From: Dehalococcoidia bacterium
GTDB lineage: Bacteria; Chloroflexota; Dehalococcoidia; Bin125
DNA length: 64,000 nt
Assembly: GCA_965261715.1 (NCBI GenBank)
Contig: OZ253471.1
Location: forward strand, 2,621,422-2,685,421
Reading direction: 5' to 3'
Each line of letters opens with the position of its first letter. The first letter of the stretch is position 1. Both the position numbers and the translations under genes were made by a program. Of the stretch, positions 1 to 9,031 are shown piece after piece. The notes under the pieces were generated by a model, which had not been told where the DNA came from, searched no databases, and saw only the letters and a list, made by a program, of their open reading frames with translations.

Positions 1-96
1 TTGAGGTCTGGCTGGAGAACGACCGACTCGGTGTGACCACGCCTGGTTGGGCCACGGTTCGTCTGCCGAAGCGCAGCTAATCCAAGGGACACAGTA

Positions 97-1137
97 ATGA
101 CTCGAATCGGCATCATTGGAGCCGGCGCCATTGGCGGTGTCGTCGGTGGGATGCTCACGCGCGCCGGCTACGAGGTGACGCTGTTCGACCACTGGGTCGA
201 GCACATCAACGAGATGAAGCAGAACGGGTTGCGTCTGAGCGGTCCGCTGATTGGCGACATTCGCGTGCCCGTGGATGCGCGGCATTTGTATGAGGCGCAG
301 GCGATCTCGGAGCCGTTCGATATCGGCATTGTGTCGGTCAAGAGTTATGACACGGAGTGGGCGACGTCGTTCATATCGCCGCTGGTCAAGGATGCCAGTG
401 ATGGTGGGGCGGTCGTCGACTTCCAGAACGGGATCAACGACGAGCGTGTGGCGGCGATCGCCGGTCGCGAGCGGACGCTGGGTTGCGTGATCACGATCGG
501 CGCCGGCATGTACGACCCGGGTCATTGCATGCGCACCGACACGCGAACGCTGGGCTTCAAGGTCGGCGAGCTGGACGGCTCGGACTCGGATCGGGCGCGA
601 GAGATCGCGGCGATGATGAACAACGTGGCGGGGTCGGAGTCGACGACGAATCTGTGGGGCGAGCGCTGGGGCAAGCTGGCCGTCAATTGCATGGCCAATC
701 CAATTGCCGGGTTGTCGGGCTACGGCTCGGGCGAGGTCCGCAGTCGTGATGACACCCGGTGGTTGTGTATTCGGATTGCGGCTGAGGTGATTGAGGTTGG
801 CCGTGCGCACGGTCATCAGATCGATGGCGTGTGGGGAATAGATGCTCAGCGGTTTGTCGATGTCGCCAATGGAGGGGACTCGACGGAGTTGGATGCTGAG
901 TTGATTGCCGGGGCTCAGGCGCTGGGCGCAGGTCGTCCGAGCTTCCTGCAAGACGTGATTCGTCAGCGTCGGGTGGAGATTGATGCGCTCAATGGCTGGG
1001 TCGTTGAGCAGGGGAAGGCTGTCGAGGTCGCGACACCGGCGAATGCGGCGGTATCGGAGGTGGTTCGCAGCTTCGCGGTCGGTGAGCTGCGGTCGGACCC
1101 GGCGAATCTGGGGTTGATCATGGATCGCTTGATCTAG
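97..1137 (+). CDS. 2-dehydropantoate 2-reductase (ketopantoate reductase, ApbA/PanE family)
   Basis: 346-aa ORF; N-terminal Rossmann GxGxxG (IGIIGAGAIGG) and KPR-type C-terminal domain; AAGGGA RBS-like motif about 8 nt upstream of ATG. Confidence 0.7.
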   Translation: MTRIGIIGAGAIGGVVGGMLTRAGYEVTLFDHWVEHINEMKQNGLRLSGPLIGDIRVPVDARHLYEAQAISEPFDIGIVSVKSYDTEWATSFISPLVKDASDGGAVVDFQNGINDERVAAIAGRERTLGCVITIGAGMYDPGHCMRTDTRTLGFKVGELDGSDSDRAREIAAMMNNVAGSESTTNLWGERWGKLAVNCMANPIAGLSGYGSGEVRSRDDTRWLCIRIAAEVIEVGRAHGHQIDGVWGIDAQRFVDVANGGDSTELDAELIAGAQALGAGRPSFLQDVIRQRRVEIDALNGWVVEQGKAVEVATPANAAVSEVVRSFAVGELRSDPANLGLIMDRLI

Positions 1138-1593
1138 GGCCTGTTCACGTGGGGGTCCGTTCCTCTGGGCGGGACCAACCGTGAGGCGGTCAGACGGGGA
1201 ATTTTTGGTCGAATTGCACGGATGTGGCGCTGTGGGCTGGAAATTCTCGCCGGAGGTGTCCAGAACAGTCCAGATTTGTCCAGATTTGGATAGATTCCGC
1301 CAGATTTTGCTCGTGTGTTTCGGCGAATTGCTGCGAAATGCTCGGTGATGTCGGATGGGTTGGGCGGGGGACATGGGGTTCTCCTGGTTGCAGAACGAAG
1401 TTGGGCATCGCTCATTATATGCGCACGGCCGTTCGGATGACGCATTCGGGCTGGAGGCGAGCGCGGGCAATTTGGAGTTGTCGTCGGGGCGACAGTTGCG
1501 CCCCTCGCCTACGCGGGGCAGGCGACACCAGCCTGAGCCGTGTCGCAAGCGTGATGTGAACAGGCCCTAGTCTGACCCTAGGAGGTCTGAGGC

Positions 1594-1818
1594 ATGGCGC
1601 TGAACCCACTTCGCATTCATCGCAGCATTGTGGACATCGGCGCGTCCTCTGAGCAGGCCGACGAGTTCACGGAGGCTGTTCACGAAGGGTTTGAGGACCT
1701 CGCCACAAAGCAGGGCCTTGAGGCGCTGGAAGAGCACATCGTCAACCGGTTGTTGATCGCGATGATTGGTTTGGCGGCAGTGATCATCGGAGCCGTGGCC
1801 TTGTTGACGGAGTTGTGA
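1594..1818 (+). CDS. hypothetical small tail-anchored membrane protein (74 aa; acidic N-terminal part, single C-terminal TM helix)
   Basis: ORF preceded by AGGAGG about 9 nt upstream of ATG; hydrophobic C-terminus LLIAMIGLAAVIIGAVALL; no family recognised. Confidence 0.35.
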   Translation: MALNPLRIHRSIVDIGASSEQADEFTEAVHEGFEDLATKQGLEALEEHIVNRLLIAMIGLAAVIIGAVALLTEL

Positions 1819-1904
1819 TTGACTGACCGTGGCAGAGATTCAGAAAGTGCCGAGATTCCTTGCCTGAGAGGGGGCACACTGATTCGGCGATTCGGTAGCG
1901 TCGG

Positions 1905-2090
1905 TTGGCTATTGATGCGCTGAACTGTTGGGTCGTTGAGCAGGGAAAGTCCATCGACGTCGCAACACCGGCAAATGCTGCGGTGTCAGAGGTTCTGCGG
2001 AGCTATACGGTCGCAGAATTGCGGTCGGACCCGGCAAATCTGGGATTGATAGTGGATCAACCGGGCTGGGGCGACCAAAGTAGCTCACGA
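1905..2090 (+). pseudogene. diverged duplicate of the last ~53 codons of the ketopantoate reductase gene (3' gene fragment)
   Basis: translation IDALNCWVVEQGKSIDVATPANAAVSEVLRSYTVAELRSDPANLGLIVD aligns with IDALNGWVVEQGKAVEVATPANAAVSEVVRSFAVGELRSDPANLGLIMD at the C-terminus of the 97..1137 gene; homology stops where the intact gene stops. Confidence 0.6.
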
Positions 2091-2095
2091 ACACT

Positions 2096-4282
2096 TCACT
2101 TCCTTGCCGCATTAATTTCTCCCTGAGAAACCATTGCACTGTGTAACCGAGGCAAAATGCGATCAATCCTGCTCTGGTATTCCGCGAACAGCCGTGGCAC
2201 ATCCCTCGATTCATTGTGTCGGCGTGACATGCTATGGGTCACTATCGTCGTAGCCAGAATCTCAGCCAACATGGTTCGGAATGACAACATCTCTTGGCCA
2301 GGCCAACCATCTTCTTCCGCTCCAAGATAACGTGCAACGACTCTATCGGTGGCATTGACGATAACTGTAGAGCCTTCTTGACTCAACCACGCCCGACGTT
2401 CAATAGCACTCTGTTCAAACCGGATGGTCATTCCCTGAGTCCCACGCGTCGTTACAGCGATAGCGGCACTCGCCGTTTCATTCGCTATGGCTGCGCGAAT
2501 CCGAGCGCGGGCGCCAACCCTATCGCCCCGAACGGTAATCGTCCACACCCCCGCCTCCCTCATATGATCAAACCCGAACGTGCTCACCTGCTTCACAATA
2601 GCTACGCCATCATCGCCACCTAGCTCCACGCCGGGAACTACATCGCCCTGGGCAACCATGTCCCACGGCGCATACAGCAGAACCCGACGGGTACGACCCT
2701 CTCTTATCGAATAGTTGCCGTGATCAAACTCAAGTTTCTGGACGGCAGGGAATTCCCTGTACTTCCAACGCAATGTGGCTTCTACACTCCTACTCCTGAA
2801 CCGGACGCGTACACGCGCTATAGCACCCTCGTCGCGACCGTCCACCGCGATTGTCTTGCTGTAATACCCGTCCCGCTCATTCAGTGTCTCCTTGAATTCT
2901 AGCGGGTCATTGCCAGCAGATTCAACCGTTACGGAGACTTCCGGAGCTCCTGGGAGTTGCTGAGCATTGGGATCAGGGCGGTAACGCACCACCAGCGTGC
3001 CAGGGTGTCCTGGGTCTACTATTCGGCTTGTCGGGATAATCGCCAGTCCGTAGGATTCTCCCGTATTTTCTATGTTGCCCTCATCGCCTCCGTCAAGTTC
3101 CTCCTCGCGAAGGTATTCAGACAACACCCGTTCAGCATCTCGAAGCCTCTTTTGGTTCTCTGCCGAGATTTGAGGAGCTCGCTCGCTCTGCGCCTCCTGT
3201 CGAAGTCGGTCGACATGTGGTTCAAGAAACTCCTCAATCGCTGCGTAGAGTGACTCAACAAAGGGATGCTCGTCCCTGCCTACAAGCCCCTCTCGATCTC
3301 TCGACACTAGTCGAATAGGGTTGTTATCCGCGGGGGGCAAACTGTTGGTGGCTCTCTGATCATAATCGCGAATCAAGTCCGCTATCGCGGGTACATCAAC
3401 AACTCCAAAGAGTCGGCCGAGGTGTAATGAATCTGGCTCTCGGCCAAATGTTCCTCCTCCGAACATCTCATACGCTGAGCCTTGTGAGGTGACCAAAAGG
3501 GAATGCCTCCAGTAGGCTCTATCCCTGCCGTCATCTAATGTGACAGGCGACTGCCACAAGGATACGTTTGCCTCGACGTTGCTTGCACCCGCAACTGTTA
3601 GCTTCGCATCGTGCGCAAGTTGTTTGCCAACGGGTTCATTGTAAGACGCTGCCTCGAAGTTTCCTTGCCCTCTGCGGAGCAAAATGCTCGCACGTCTACC
3701 ATTTGTAAGGATCGGTCGCAAAGCGTAGTGTCTGTTCAATAGTTCCTTAAGGTTCGCGTGTTGTGGAATCGATACTCGGCGGTGAACCTCTAGATGTACG
3801 GTGGTTCCATGCTTCCGTCCAGCGACAGATAATCCCGGTGTGATTACGGTCTCGGTAGTAGCGCCATTGTTGTACACAATCTCAAACGTAGTTTCTTCAC
3901 CATCTTTCCAAGACTTCCACGAAACCGGACCAAAATGCACAACGTCTTTACCTCCTCTTCCGAACAATCCTCTTACATTTGTCCCCTGGTCGAAGCCACT
4001 TGTCTGCGCACCAATAAAGCCAAGACGCTTCTGCATATCCTCGAGCGTCATTCCCTCGGCTTGATCTGTGATCGTGATACTCGGGTGGCTCTCACCTCGA
4101 CGGTTCTGCACATCGATAGTAATCTCTCCAGGTTCGCCCAATCGAGTATACGAATCATCCGCATTTGTTGTGAGCTCAACAATAGCGCGGACGATGTCGG
4201 ACCGCATCGCCCTTTCGATGTCGTCGCGAAAGCTCCTTTCGGTGAGCGTCAAGCTGCCGTGAATCACGCTTGAGTTAGCCAT
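2096..4282 (-). CDS. GHKL-superfamily ATPase domain protein (Hsp90/MORC-like N-terminal ATPase, ~500-aa C-terminal region of unknown function)
   Basis: 728-aa ORF in visibly lower-GC DNA; N-box ELTTNADDS (ExxxNAxD), G1-like ITDQAEGMTLEDM...GFIGAQTSG resembling the Hsp90 DxGxGMT...GTIAKSGT region, G2-like GLFGRGGKD; start overlaps the upstream ORF by 19 nt. Confidence 0.6.
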   Translation of the reverse strand: MANSSVIHGSLTLTERSFRDDIERAMRSDIVRAIVELTTNADDSYTRLGEPGEITIDVQNRRGESHPSITITDQAEGMTLEDMQKRLGFIGAQTSGFDQGTNVRGLFGRGGKDVVHFGPVSWKSWKDGEETTFEIVYNNGATTETVITPGLSVAGRKHGTTVHLEVHRRVSIPQHANLKELLNRHYALRPILTNGRRASILLRRGQGNFEAASYNEPVGKQLAHDAKLTVAGASNVEANVSLWQSPVTLDDGRDRAYWRHSLLVTSQGSAYEMFGGGTFGREPDSLHLGRLFGVVDVPAIADLIRDYDQRATNSLPPADNNPIRLVSRDREGLVGRDEHPFVESLYAAIEEFLEPHVDRLRQEAQSERAPQISAENQKRLRDAERVLSEYLREEELDGGDEGNIENTGESYGLAIIPTSRIVDPGHPGTLVVRYRPDPNAQQLPGAPEVSVTVESAGNDPLEFKETLNERDGYYSKTIAVDGRDEGAIARVRVRFRSRSVEATLRWKYREFPAVQKLEFDHGNYSIREGRTRRVLLYAPWDMVAQGDVVPGVELGGDDGVAIVKQVSTFGFDHMREAGVWTITVRGDRVGARARIRAAIANETASAAIAVTTRGTQGMTIRFEQSAIERRAWLSQEGSTVIVNATDRVVARYLGAEEDGWPGQEMLSFRTMLAEILATTIVTHSMSRRHNESRDVPRLFAEYQSRIDRILPRLHSAMVSQGEINAARK

Positions 4283-4854
4283 CTTAGATACCTTTCAATC
4301 TCCCCCATGTGGGCTGTCCTGGCGCCGCTCAGCAGATCTTCCAGCGTGCGATTCACGGCTTCACTGGGAGCGTCGGGTAGGAGGCCGATTGCATCAGCGA
4401 CTTGTTCCTTCCCAGGAGGATCTGAATCCTGTCCCCAGCGATGAAACTCACGGTGTTCGGTCAACCTCCGAAGAGTCCTTGCCTGTTCGATCGAGAGATT
4501 GGTCGCTCCCTCGAACATTCCCACATCGGCGATGCCTGCAGCGTGTGTTTCGCTCCATGAGACACCTGCGGGGGTCAGTATCCAATCGTCTGCGGCAGTG
4601 CCATTAACGAATTGTCCGTTCCTTGACTTCTTTGCATCCGCAAGAGCGTCGCGCGCGCGTACTTCGCTCGGATATTCCGGATGGTCCCGCCAACAGAATC
4701 GCCGCGGCGCAAGCTCAAAGCACTTCAAAGCAATCGCTTGAGTGTCCTTGCGCCCAGTTCCACCGCCCACCAGATACAGAGCCAATGTGGCCAACTGAGC
4801 GTTGGACATCCTCTCAAGTGAAATGTGGTCTGCTGCTTCAACCAAAATACCCAC
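4264..4854 (-). CDS. hypothetical protein (196 aa), upstream operon partner of the GHKL ATPase
   Basis: ORF with GTG start a few nt after the stop of the upstream LLM gene; same low-GC segment; no recognisable motif. Confidence 0.45.
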   Translation of the reverse strand: MGILVEAADHISLERMSNAQLATLALYLVGGGTGRKDTQAIALKCFELAPRRFCWRDHPEYPSEVRARDALADAKKSRNGQFVNGTAADDWILTPAGVSWSETHAAGIADVGMFEGATNLSIEQARTLRRLTEHREFHRWGQDSDPPGKEQVADAIGLLPDAPSEAVNRTLEDLLSGARTAHMGEIERYLRWLTQA

Positions 4855-4860
4855 CTATCA

Positions 4861-6051
4861 TTAGCCGCCAAGGCCGCCGAACTCGGGGAGGACTTTTTCG
4901 GCGAAGTCTTCCATGCTTCTTAGGATTTGGCCTTGCGTGAGGAGGCCGTTGTATTGCCACATGAAGACCCAGCTCACGGGGGCCACGTCGAGCATGTTTT
5001 GGACTTGCCTTTTGACGCTGTCGAGGGTTCCGGCGAAGAGGAGGCCGTTGTCTAGTTGCTCTTCGAGGGTGAGCAGTTCTCCTCCCGGTGGGCGCAGGGC
5101 TTCGGCGAAGCCGAAGGGGGCGAACCAGGCTCCTCCGGCGAAGGCGGCGGAGTGGCGCCAGAGTTCGATGGCTTCTTCGTCGGTGTCGGTGATGATCACG
5201 TCTCTGAGGACTCCGAGGCCCTCGCCCGGCTTGAGGTTGCGGCCGGCGGCGGCGGCTTCTTCCTGGTAGACCTCGTAGAGACGGTTCTGCAGGTCGGGGT
5301 ACATCGGCGGGAGGATGGCGGTGATGCCCTCACGGGCGCACCAGCGGATGGTGCGTTCGGAGGAGGCGAAGGGCTGGAAGATCGGCGGATGCGGCTTCTG
5401 CAGCGGCTTGGGAACGACGCCGATTTGGCGGACGATGTTGTTCTCGTCGACGCCCTTGCCGTACATGCGGGTCGCTTCGATGTCCCAGGGCGTGCCCTCG
5501 GGCGGAATCTGCCAGGCCTGGCCCTTGTACTCGACCATCTCTTCGGTCCAGCACTTGCGAATGATCTGGAAGTGCTCCTCGAAGGCGGCGCGGTTGGCGG
5601 CGTCAATGGCGTCGTGGTTGCCGGGGTGCGCCGCGTGGACGCCGTGGATCTGCTGGGCGAGGGTGTCGACCCAGCGTCGCTGGTAGCCCCGCGCGAAGCC
5701 GGCGAGTGCGCGTCCGCCCGACATGTGGTCGAGCATGGCGATGTCTTCGGCCACGCGGATCGGATTATGCGCTGGCAGCACGAGGCCGAGCTGGCCGACG
5801 CGGATGCGTTCGGTCTGCATGGCCAGGTAGAGGTCGAGCATGATTGGGTTGGGCGAGACCTCGAAGCCCTCGATGTGGAAGTGGTGCTCAGTAAAGCTGA
5901 TCGAGTCGTAACCGAGGGCGTCGCCGGCTTTGGCGAAGGCGGACATGTCCGTAAGCATGTCCTGGTAGAGTTCGGGACGATTGCCGGCCATGCCGGCTTC
6001 GATGTCCGCTCGTGTACCGACTGAGGGAAGGAAGAAGAGACTGACCTGCAT
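4861..6051 (-). CDS. LLM-class flavin-dependent oxidoreductase (luciferase-like monooxygenase family)
   Basis: 396-aa ORF; TIM-barrel LLM signatures (MQVSLFFLP..., FTEHHF, GQLGLVLPAHNP). Confidence 0.75.
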   Translation of the reverse strand: MQVSLFFLPSVGTRADIEAGMAGNRPELYQDMLTDMSAFAKAGDALGYDSISFTEHHFHIEGFEVSPNPIMLDLYLAMQTERIRVGQLGLVLPAHNPIRVAEDIAMLDHMSGGRALAGFARGYQRRWVDTLAQQIHGVHAAHPGNHDAIDAANRAAFEEHFQIIRKCWTEEMVEYKGQAWQIPPEGTPWDIEATRMYGKGVDENNIVRQIGVVPKPLQKPHPPIFQPFASSERTIRWCAREGITAILPPMYPDLQNRLYEVYQEEAAAAGRNLKPGEGLGVLRDVIITDTDEEAIELWRHSAAFAGGAWFAPFGFAEALRPPGGELLTLEEQLDNGLLFAGTLDSVKRQVQNMLDVAPVSWVFMWQYNGLLTQGQILRSMEDFAEKVLPEFGGLGG

Positions 6052-6082
6052 GATGGGCTCCTAGCTCAGTGTGGCCCTCACC

Positions 6083-6868
6083 CTAGCCCTCTCCCGGAGG
6101 GAGAGGGAATGGGAGTTGGGAGAGGAACGATGTCACGGCGTCGTTGAAGGCGGGCGGGTTGTCGATGTTTGACGCGTGTCCGGCGTTGGGAACGACGACA
6201 TGGGTGTTGTTGGGGATCTTGTTGGCCATGTAGTCGGTGCCGGCGAGGAATGGCGTGTCGTTCTCGCCGACGAGCACGAGGGTCGGCTGGGGGATGGTCT
6301 TGAGCGACTGGATGATTCGGTTGTCGAACTGGGCCAACATGCCGCGGGCGGCTCGGGCGAGACCGTCGGCCGAGCGGTGCGTGGAGACGCGGACTTCCTC
6401 GGAGCCGCCGAGCGCTGCGAGGCCGTCACGCTCGAGCGCTTCGGCGCGAGGGACGGCCATGCCGGTGTTCCAGCCCTCGCGGGCCTTGGGGTTGTTGTAG
6501 CCGGGGCCGGTATCGAACAGCATCAGGGCTCGGGTGCGCTCGGGATGGGCGACCTGGAAGGCGAGCGCCATGTAGCCGCCCAGCGAGAGTCCGCCGATGA
6601 CGGCGCTATCGATGCCTTCGGCGTCGAGGATGGCGGCCATATCGGCGACAGTCTCGGCCTCGCTGTAGCAGGACTGATCTTCGGGAGAATCGGTCAGGCC
6701 GTGCCCGCGCATGTCCCAGACGATCAGGCGGTGATCGGCGGAAAGCAGGTCGATCTGGCCGGCCCACATCTGCGAGGTGGCGCCGTAGCCGTGCGAGAGG
6801 AGAATCGCGGGGCCTTCGCCGCTCGCTTCGTAGTAGATGCTGACTCCGTCGCGTTCGATGTTGGGCAC
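6083..6868 (-). CDS. alpha/beta hydrolase
   Basis: HGYG oxyanion motif and nucleophile elbow GLSLGG; likely GTG start preceded by GGGAGG; the longer table ORF (to 7003) has an N-terminus that is a translated MITE core. Confidence 0.65.
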   Translation of the reverse strand: MPNIERDGVSIYYEASGEGPAILLSHGYGATSQMWAGQIDLLSADHRLIVWDMRGHGLTDSPEDQSCYSEAETVADMAAILDAEGIDSAVIGGLSLGGYMALAFQVAHPERTRALMLFDTGPGYNNPKAREGWNTGMAVPRAEALERDGLAALGGSEEVRVSTHRSADGLARAARGMLAQFDNRIIQSLKTIPQPTLVLVGENDTPFLAGTDYMANKIPNNTHVVVPNAGHASNIDNPPAFNDAVTSFLSQLPFPLPPGEG

Positions 6869-6942
6869 TGCTGACCTCCCGTGGTCGTATCGGCTGTACT
6901 GCTGGCTAGGATAGGGGTCGAATTGCTGCCGTCGGGAGGAGG

Positions 6943-6988
6943 GGACCCCCTCAGCCTTCGGCAGCTCCCCCTTCAAGGGGGAGCGGAA
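6943..6988. repeat. MITE/REP-like core fragment (ccctcagccttcggcagctccccc...gggggagcgg)
   Basis: matches the core of repeat families A/B seen at many other sites. Confidence 0.6.
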
Positions 6989-7001
6989 ACAGGGGGAATC
7001 C

Positions 7002-8987
7002 ATGAAGACTCCGATTGGGCCGGAGATTGTGCTTGAGTTGGGCGGCGTGGGTTCGCCGGCGATTTCGCCGGATGGATCGGTGGTTGCCTATGTTCGCGGA
7101 CAGGTGGAGGACGGCACGCGGGTGTCGTGGATTGAGTGTGCTCCTTTCCAGGGCGGCGCGTCGAGGCGGTTGACTTCGGGCAACTCCGACTCTGGACCGG
7201 TCTGGTCTCCTGATGGATCGGTGTTGGCCTTTCTGCGGCCTTCGTCGGCTGAGGATGGTGCGCCTCGACAGATCTGGCTGCTTCCGACGGACGGCGGCGA
7301 GGCTCGCAGGCTGACGGACCTGGATCACTCTGTGGCGGGATTTGATTGGTTGCCGGATGGCTCGGGAATGATTGCGGTGGTCGATATCGATCCGCATCGC
7401 GGGAAGCGTGACGGCTCAAAGACGACAGTCGTTCGTGACACGTATTACCGGGGCGACACGCTGGGATATCGCGAGGGTGCCTGGCATCAGCTGTTTCGGA
7501 TTGACGCGTCGACGGGTACAGCGACGCAACTCACGACCGGGACATATAACCACGCGCATCCGATGGTCTCGCCGGATGGTCGCTGGGTGGCGTTTACGGC
7601 TGATCGCAACGTGGACCGCGAAGGTCGGCGTCCGTTTGGCTCTGAGTTGTGCGTGATGTCGACTCAAGGCGTTACTGGTGGCGGCCACGTGGAACGGCTG
7701 ACGCCGGGTGTGATGTCGGCGGGCCGGGCGTGTTGGTCGCCGGATGGGTTGGCGTTGGCGGTATCGGTGACCGATGCGTCGCAGCGTCACCAGGCGTACC
7801 TCGAGCGGATTGAGCGCTACAGCGGCAAGCGGACTCGATTGACAGACGATTCGATCAATCCGCAGTCGGGCTTCTTTCCGATATCCGGTCCTCCGACGAT
7901 GGTCTGGTCGGATGACGCGATCACGTTTGCGGCTGACATTCGTGGACGCTCGGGTGTGTATCGGGTGGCGGCCGACGGGTCGTCGGCGCCGGAGGCGATT
8001 CGGGCTGAGGCAGAACTGATTGGTGGCTTTGATGTGTCGGCCGACGGTGGGTCGATGGCGATCGTGTCGACGACTCCAGACGCTCCCGGCGAGATCGTGA
8101 CTTTGTGCGCTGGGGACCCTCCTCTGCCTTCGGCATCTCCCCCCAGAGGGGGGAGAAAAGAAACCGCGGTGACTAGTGCATCAGCCGATTTCGTTGGCGA
8201 GCATGAGATTGGTGACGTGGAGTTCTTCACGGTGGAGCGGGACGGCTGGGAGATTCCTTGTGGGCTGATGTATCCGCCGGGATTCGATCCTGAACAGTCG
8301 TATCCGCTCGTGATAGAGATTCACGGTGGCCCGAACGGTTTCTTTGGCGAGGGATTCAATGTGTTGCACCAGGTGATCGCTGGCGCGGGCTATCTGGTGC
8401 TGTTTGTCAATCCGCGCGGCTCGTCGACGTATGGCGCGGACTTCACCGATGCCGTGACCGAAGACTGGGGCGGTGAGGATTCGCTCGATCTGCTTCATGC
8501 GCTGGATGTGGTCTGTGAGCGTCTGTATGTGGATGCGTCGCGGTTGGGCGTTCATGGGTATTCGTACGGTGGATACATGACGACATGGTTGATTGGTCAT
8601 GTCGATAGATTCAAGGCGGCGATCGCGGGCGCTCCGGTGGTGAACCTGTGGTCGATGTGGGGCGTATCGGATATTGGTCCGTCGTGGGGCTCGTATCAGT
8701 GGGGCGACATGCCGGACAGCAACTTTAACTGGTATCGGGAGCGTTCGCCGATTACATACGTCGACAACGTGCGCTGTCCGGTGCTGATTATGCACGGCGA
8801 GTCAGACTGGCGCGTGCCGATCTCGCAGGGCGAGGAGTATTTCGCCGGGCTGCGGTACCGGGGCAAGAAAGCGGAGATGGTGCGCTTCCCGGGCTGCTCG
8901 CATTTGATGTTCCGGGTGGCTGATCCTGCGCTGGTCAAGGAGTACTACGAGCGGATGATTGGGTGGTTTGACCGCTATGTGAAGTGA
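7002..8987 (+). CDS. S9 family peptidase (prolyl oligopeptidase/acylaminoacyl-peptidase type; N-terminal beta-propeller plus C-terminal alpha/beta hydrolase)
   Basis: 661-aa ORF; repeated SPDG propeller motifs; catalytic GYSYGG nucleophile elbow; His near C-terminus. Confidence 0.8.
   Translation: MKTPIGPEIVLELGGVGSPAISPDGSVVAYVRGQVEDGTRVSWIECAPFQGGASRRLTSGNSDSGPVWSPDGSVLAFLRPSSAEDGAPRQIWLLPTDGGEARRLTDLDHSVAGFDWLPDGSGMIAVVDIDPHRGKRDGSKTTVVRDTYYRGDTLGYREGAWHQLFRIDASTGTATQLTTGTYNHAHPMVSPDGRWVAFTADRNVDREGRRPFGSELCVMSTQGVTGGGHVERLTPGVMSAGRACWSPDGLALAVSVTDASQRHQAYLERIERYSGKRTRLTDDSINPQSGFFPISGPPTMVWSDDAITFAADIRGRSGVYRVAADGSSAPEAIRAEAELIGGFDVSADGGSMAIVSTTPDAPGEIVTLCAGDPPLPSASPPRGGRKETAVTSASADFVGEHEIGDVEFFTVERDGWEIPCGLMYPPGFDPEQSYPLVIEIHGGPNGFFGEGFNVLHQVIAGAGYLVLFVNPRGSSTYGADFTDAVTEDWGGEDSLDLLHALDVVCERLYVDASRLGVHGYSYGGYMTTWLIGHVDRFKAAIAGAPVVNLWSMWGVSDIGPSWGSYQWGDMPDSNFNWYRERSPITYVDNVRCPVLIMHGESDWRVPISQGEEYFAGLRYRGKKAEMVRFPGCSHLMFRVADPALVKEYYERMIGWFDRYVK
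8113..8155. repeat. MITE family B core embedded in-frame inside the S9 peptidase CDS
   Basis: cctctgccttcggcatctccccccagaggggggag translated as PLPSASPPRGGR at the propeller/catalytic-domain junction. Confidence 0.6.
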
Positions 8988-9031
8988 AGCCAAGGGCGAG
9001 ATCCCCATCAGGCCGCTGTTCAGGTGAGCGT

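Noticed and set aside
2096-4282. Assigning the GHKL protein to a named defence system (e.g. MORC-like, mza component, or other catalogued single-ATPase systems)
   Set aside because: Only the ATPase head is recognisable from sequence. The C-terminal 500 aa and the partner protein match nothing I can identify without profile searches. It is left as an unnamed candidate.
5056-6024. Long antisense ORFs inside real genes (e.g. 5056..6024 +, 12785..13846 +, 13935..14819 +, 43079..45001 +, 48727..49374 +, 61142..62161 +)
   Set aside because: These are high-GC artefacts on the strand opposite well-supported conserved genes (LLM oxidoreductases, GroEL, Gfo/Idh/MocA). Their compositions are Arg/Ala/Gly-rich low-complexity, with no start context.
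6869-7003. N-terminal 45 residues of the table ORF 6083..7003 (MDSPCFRSPLKGELPKAEGVPSS...)
   Set aside because: This stretch is the translation of a MITE core (ccctcagccttcggcagctccccc). A GTG with a GGGAGG ribosome-binding site further downstream is the better start.
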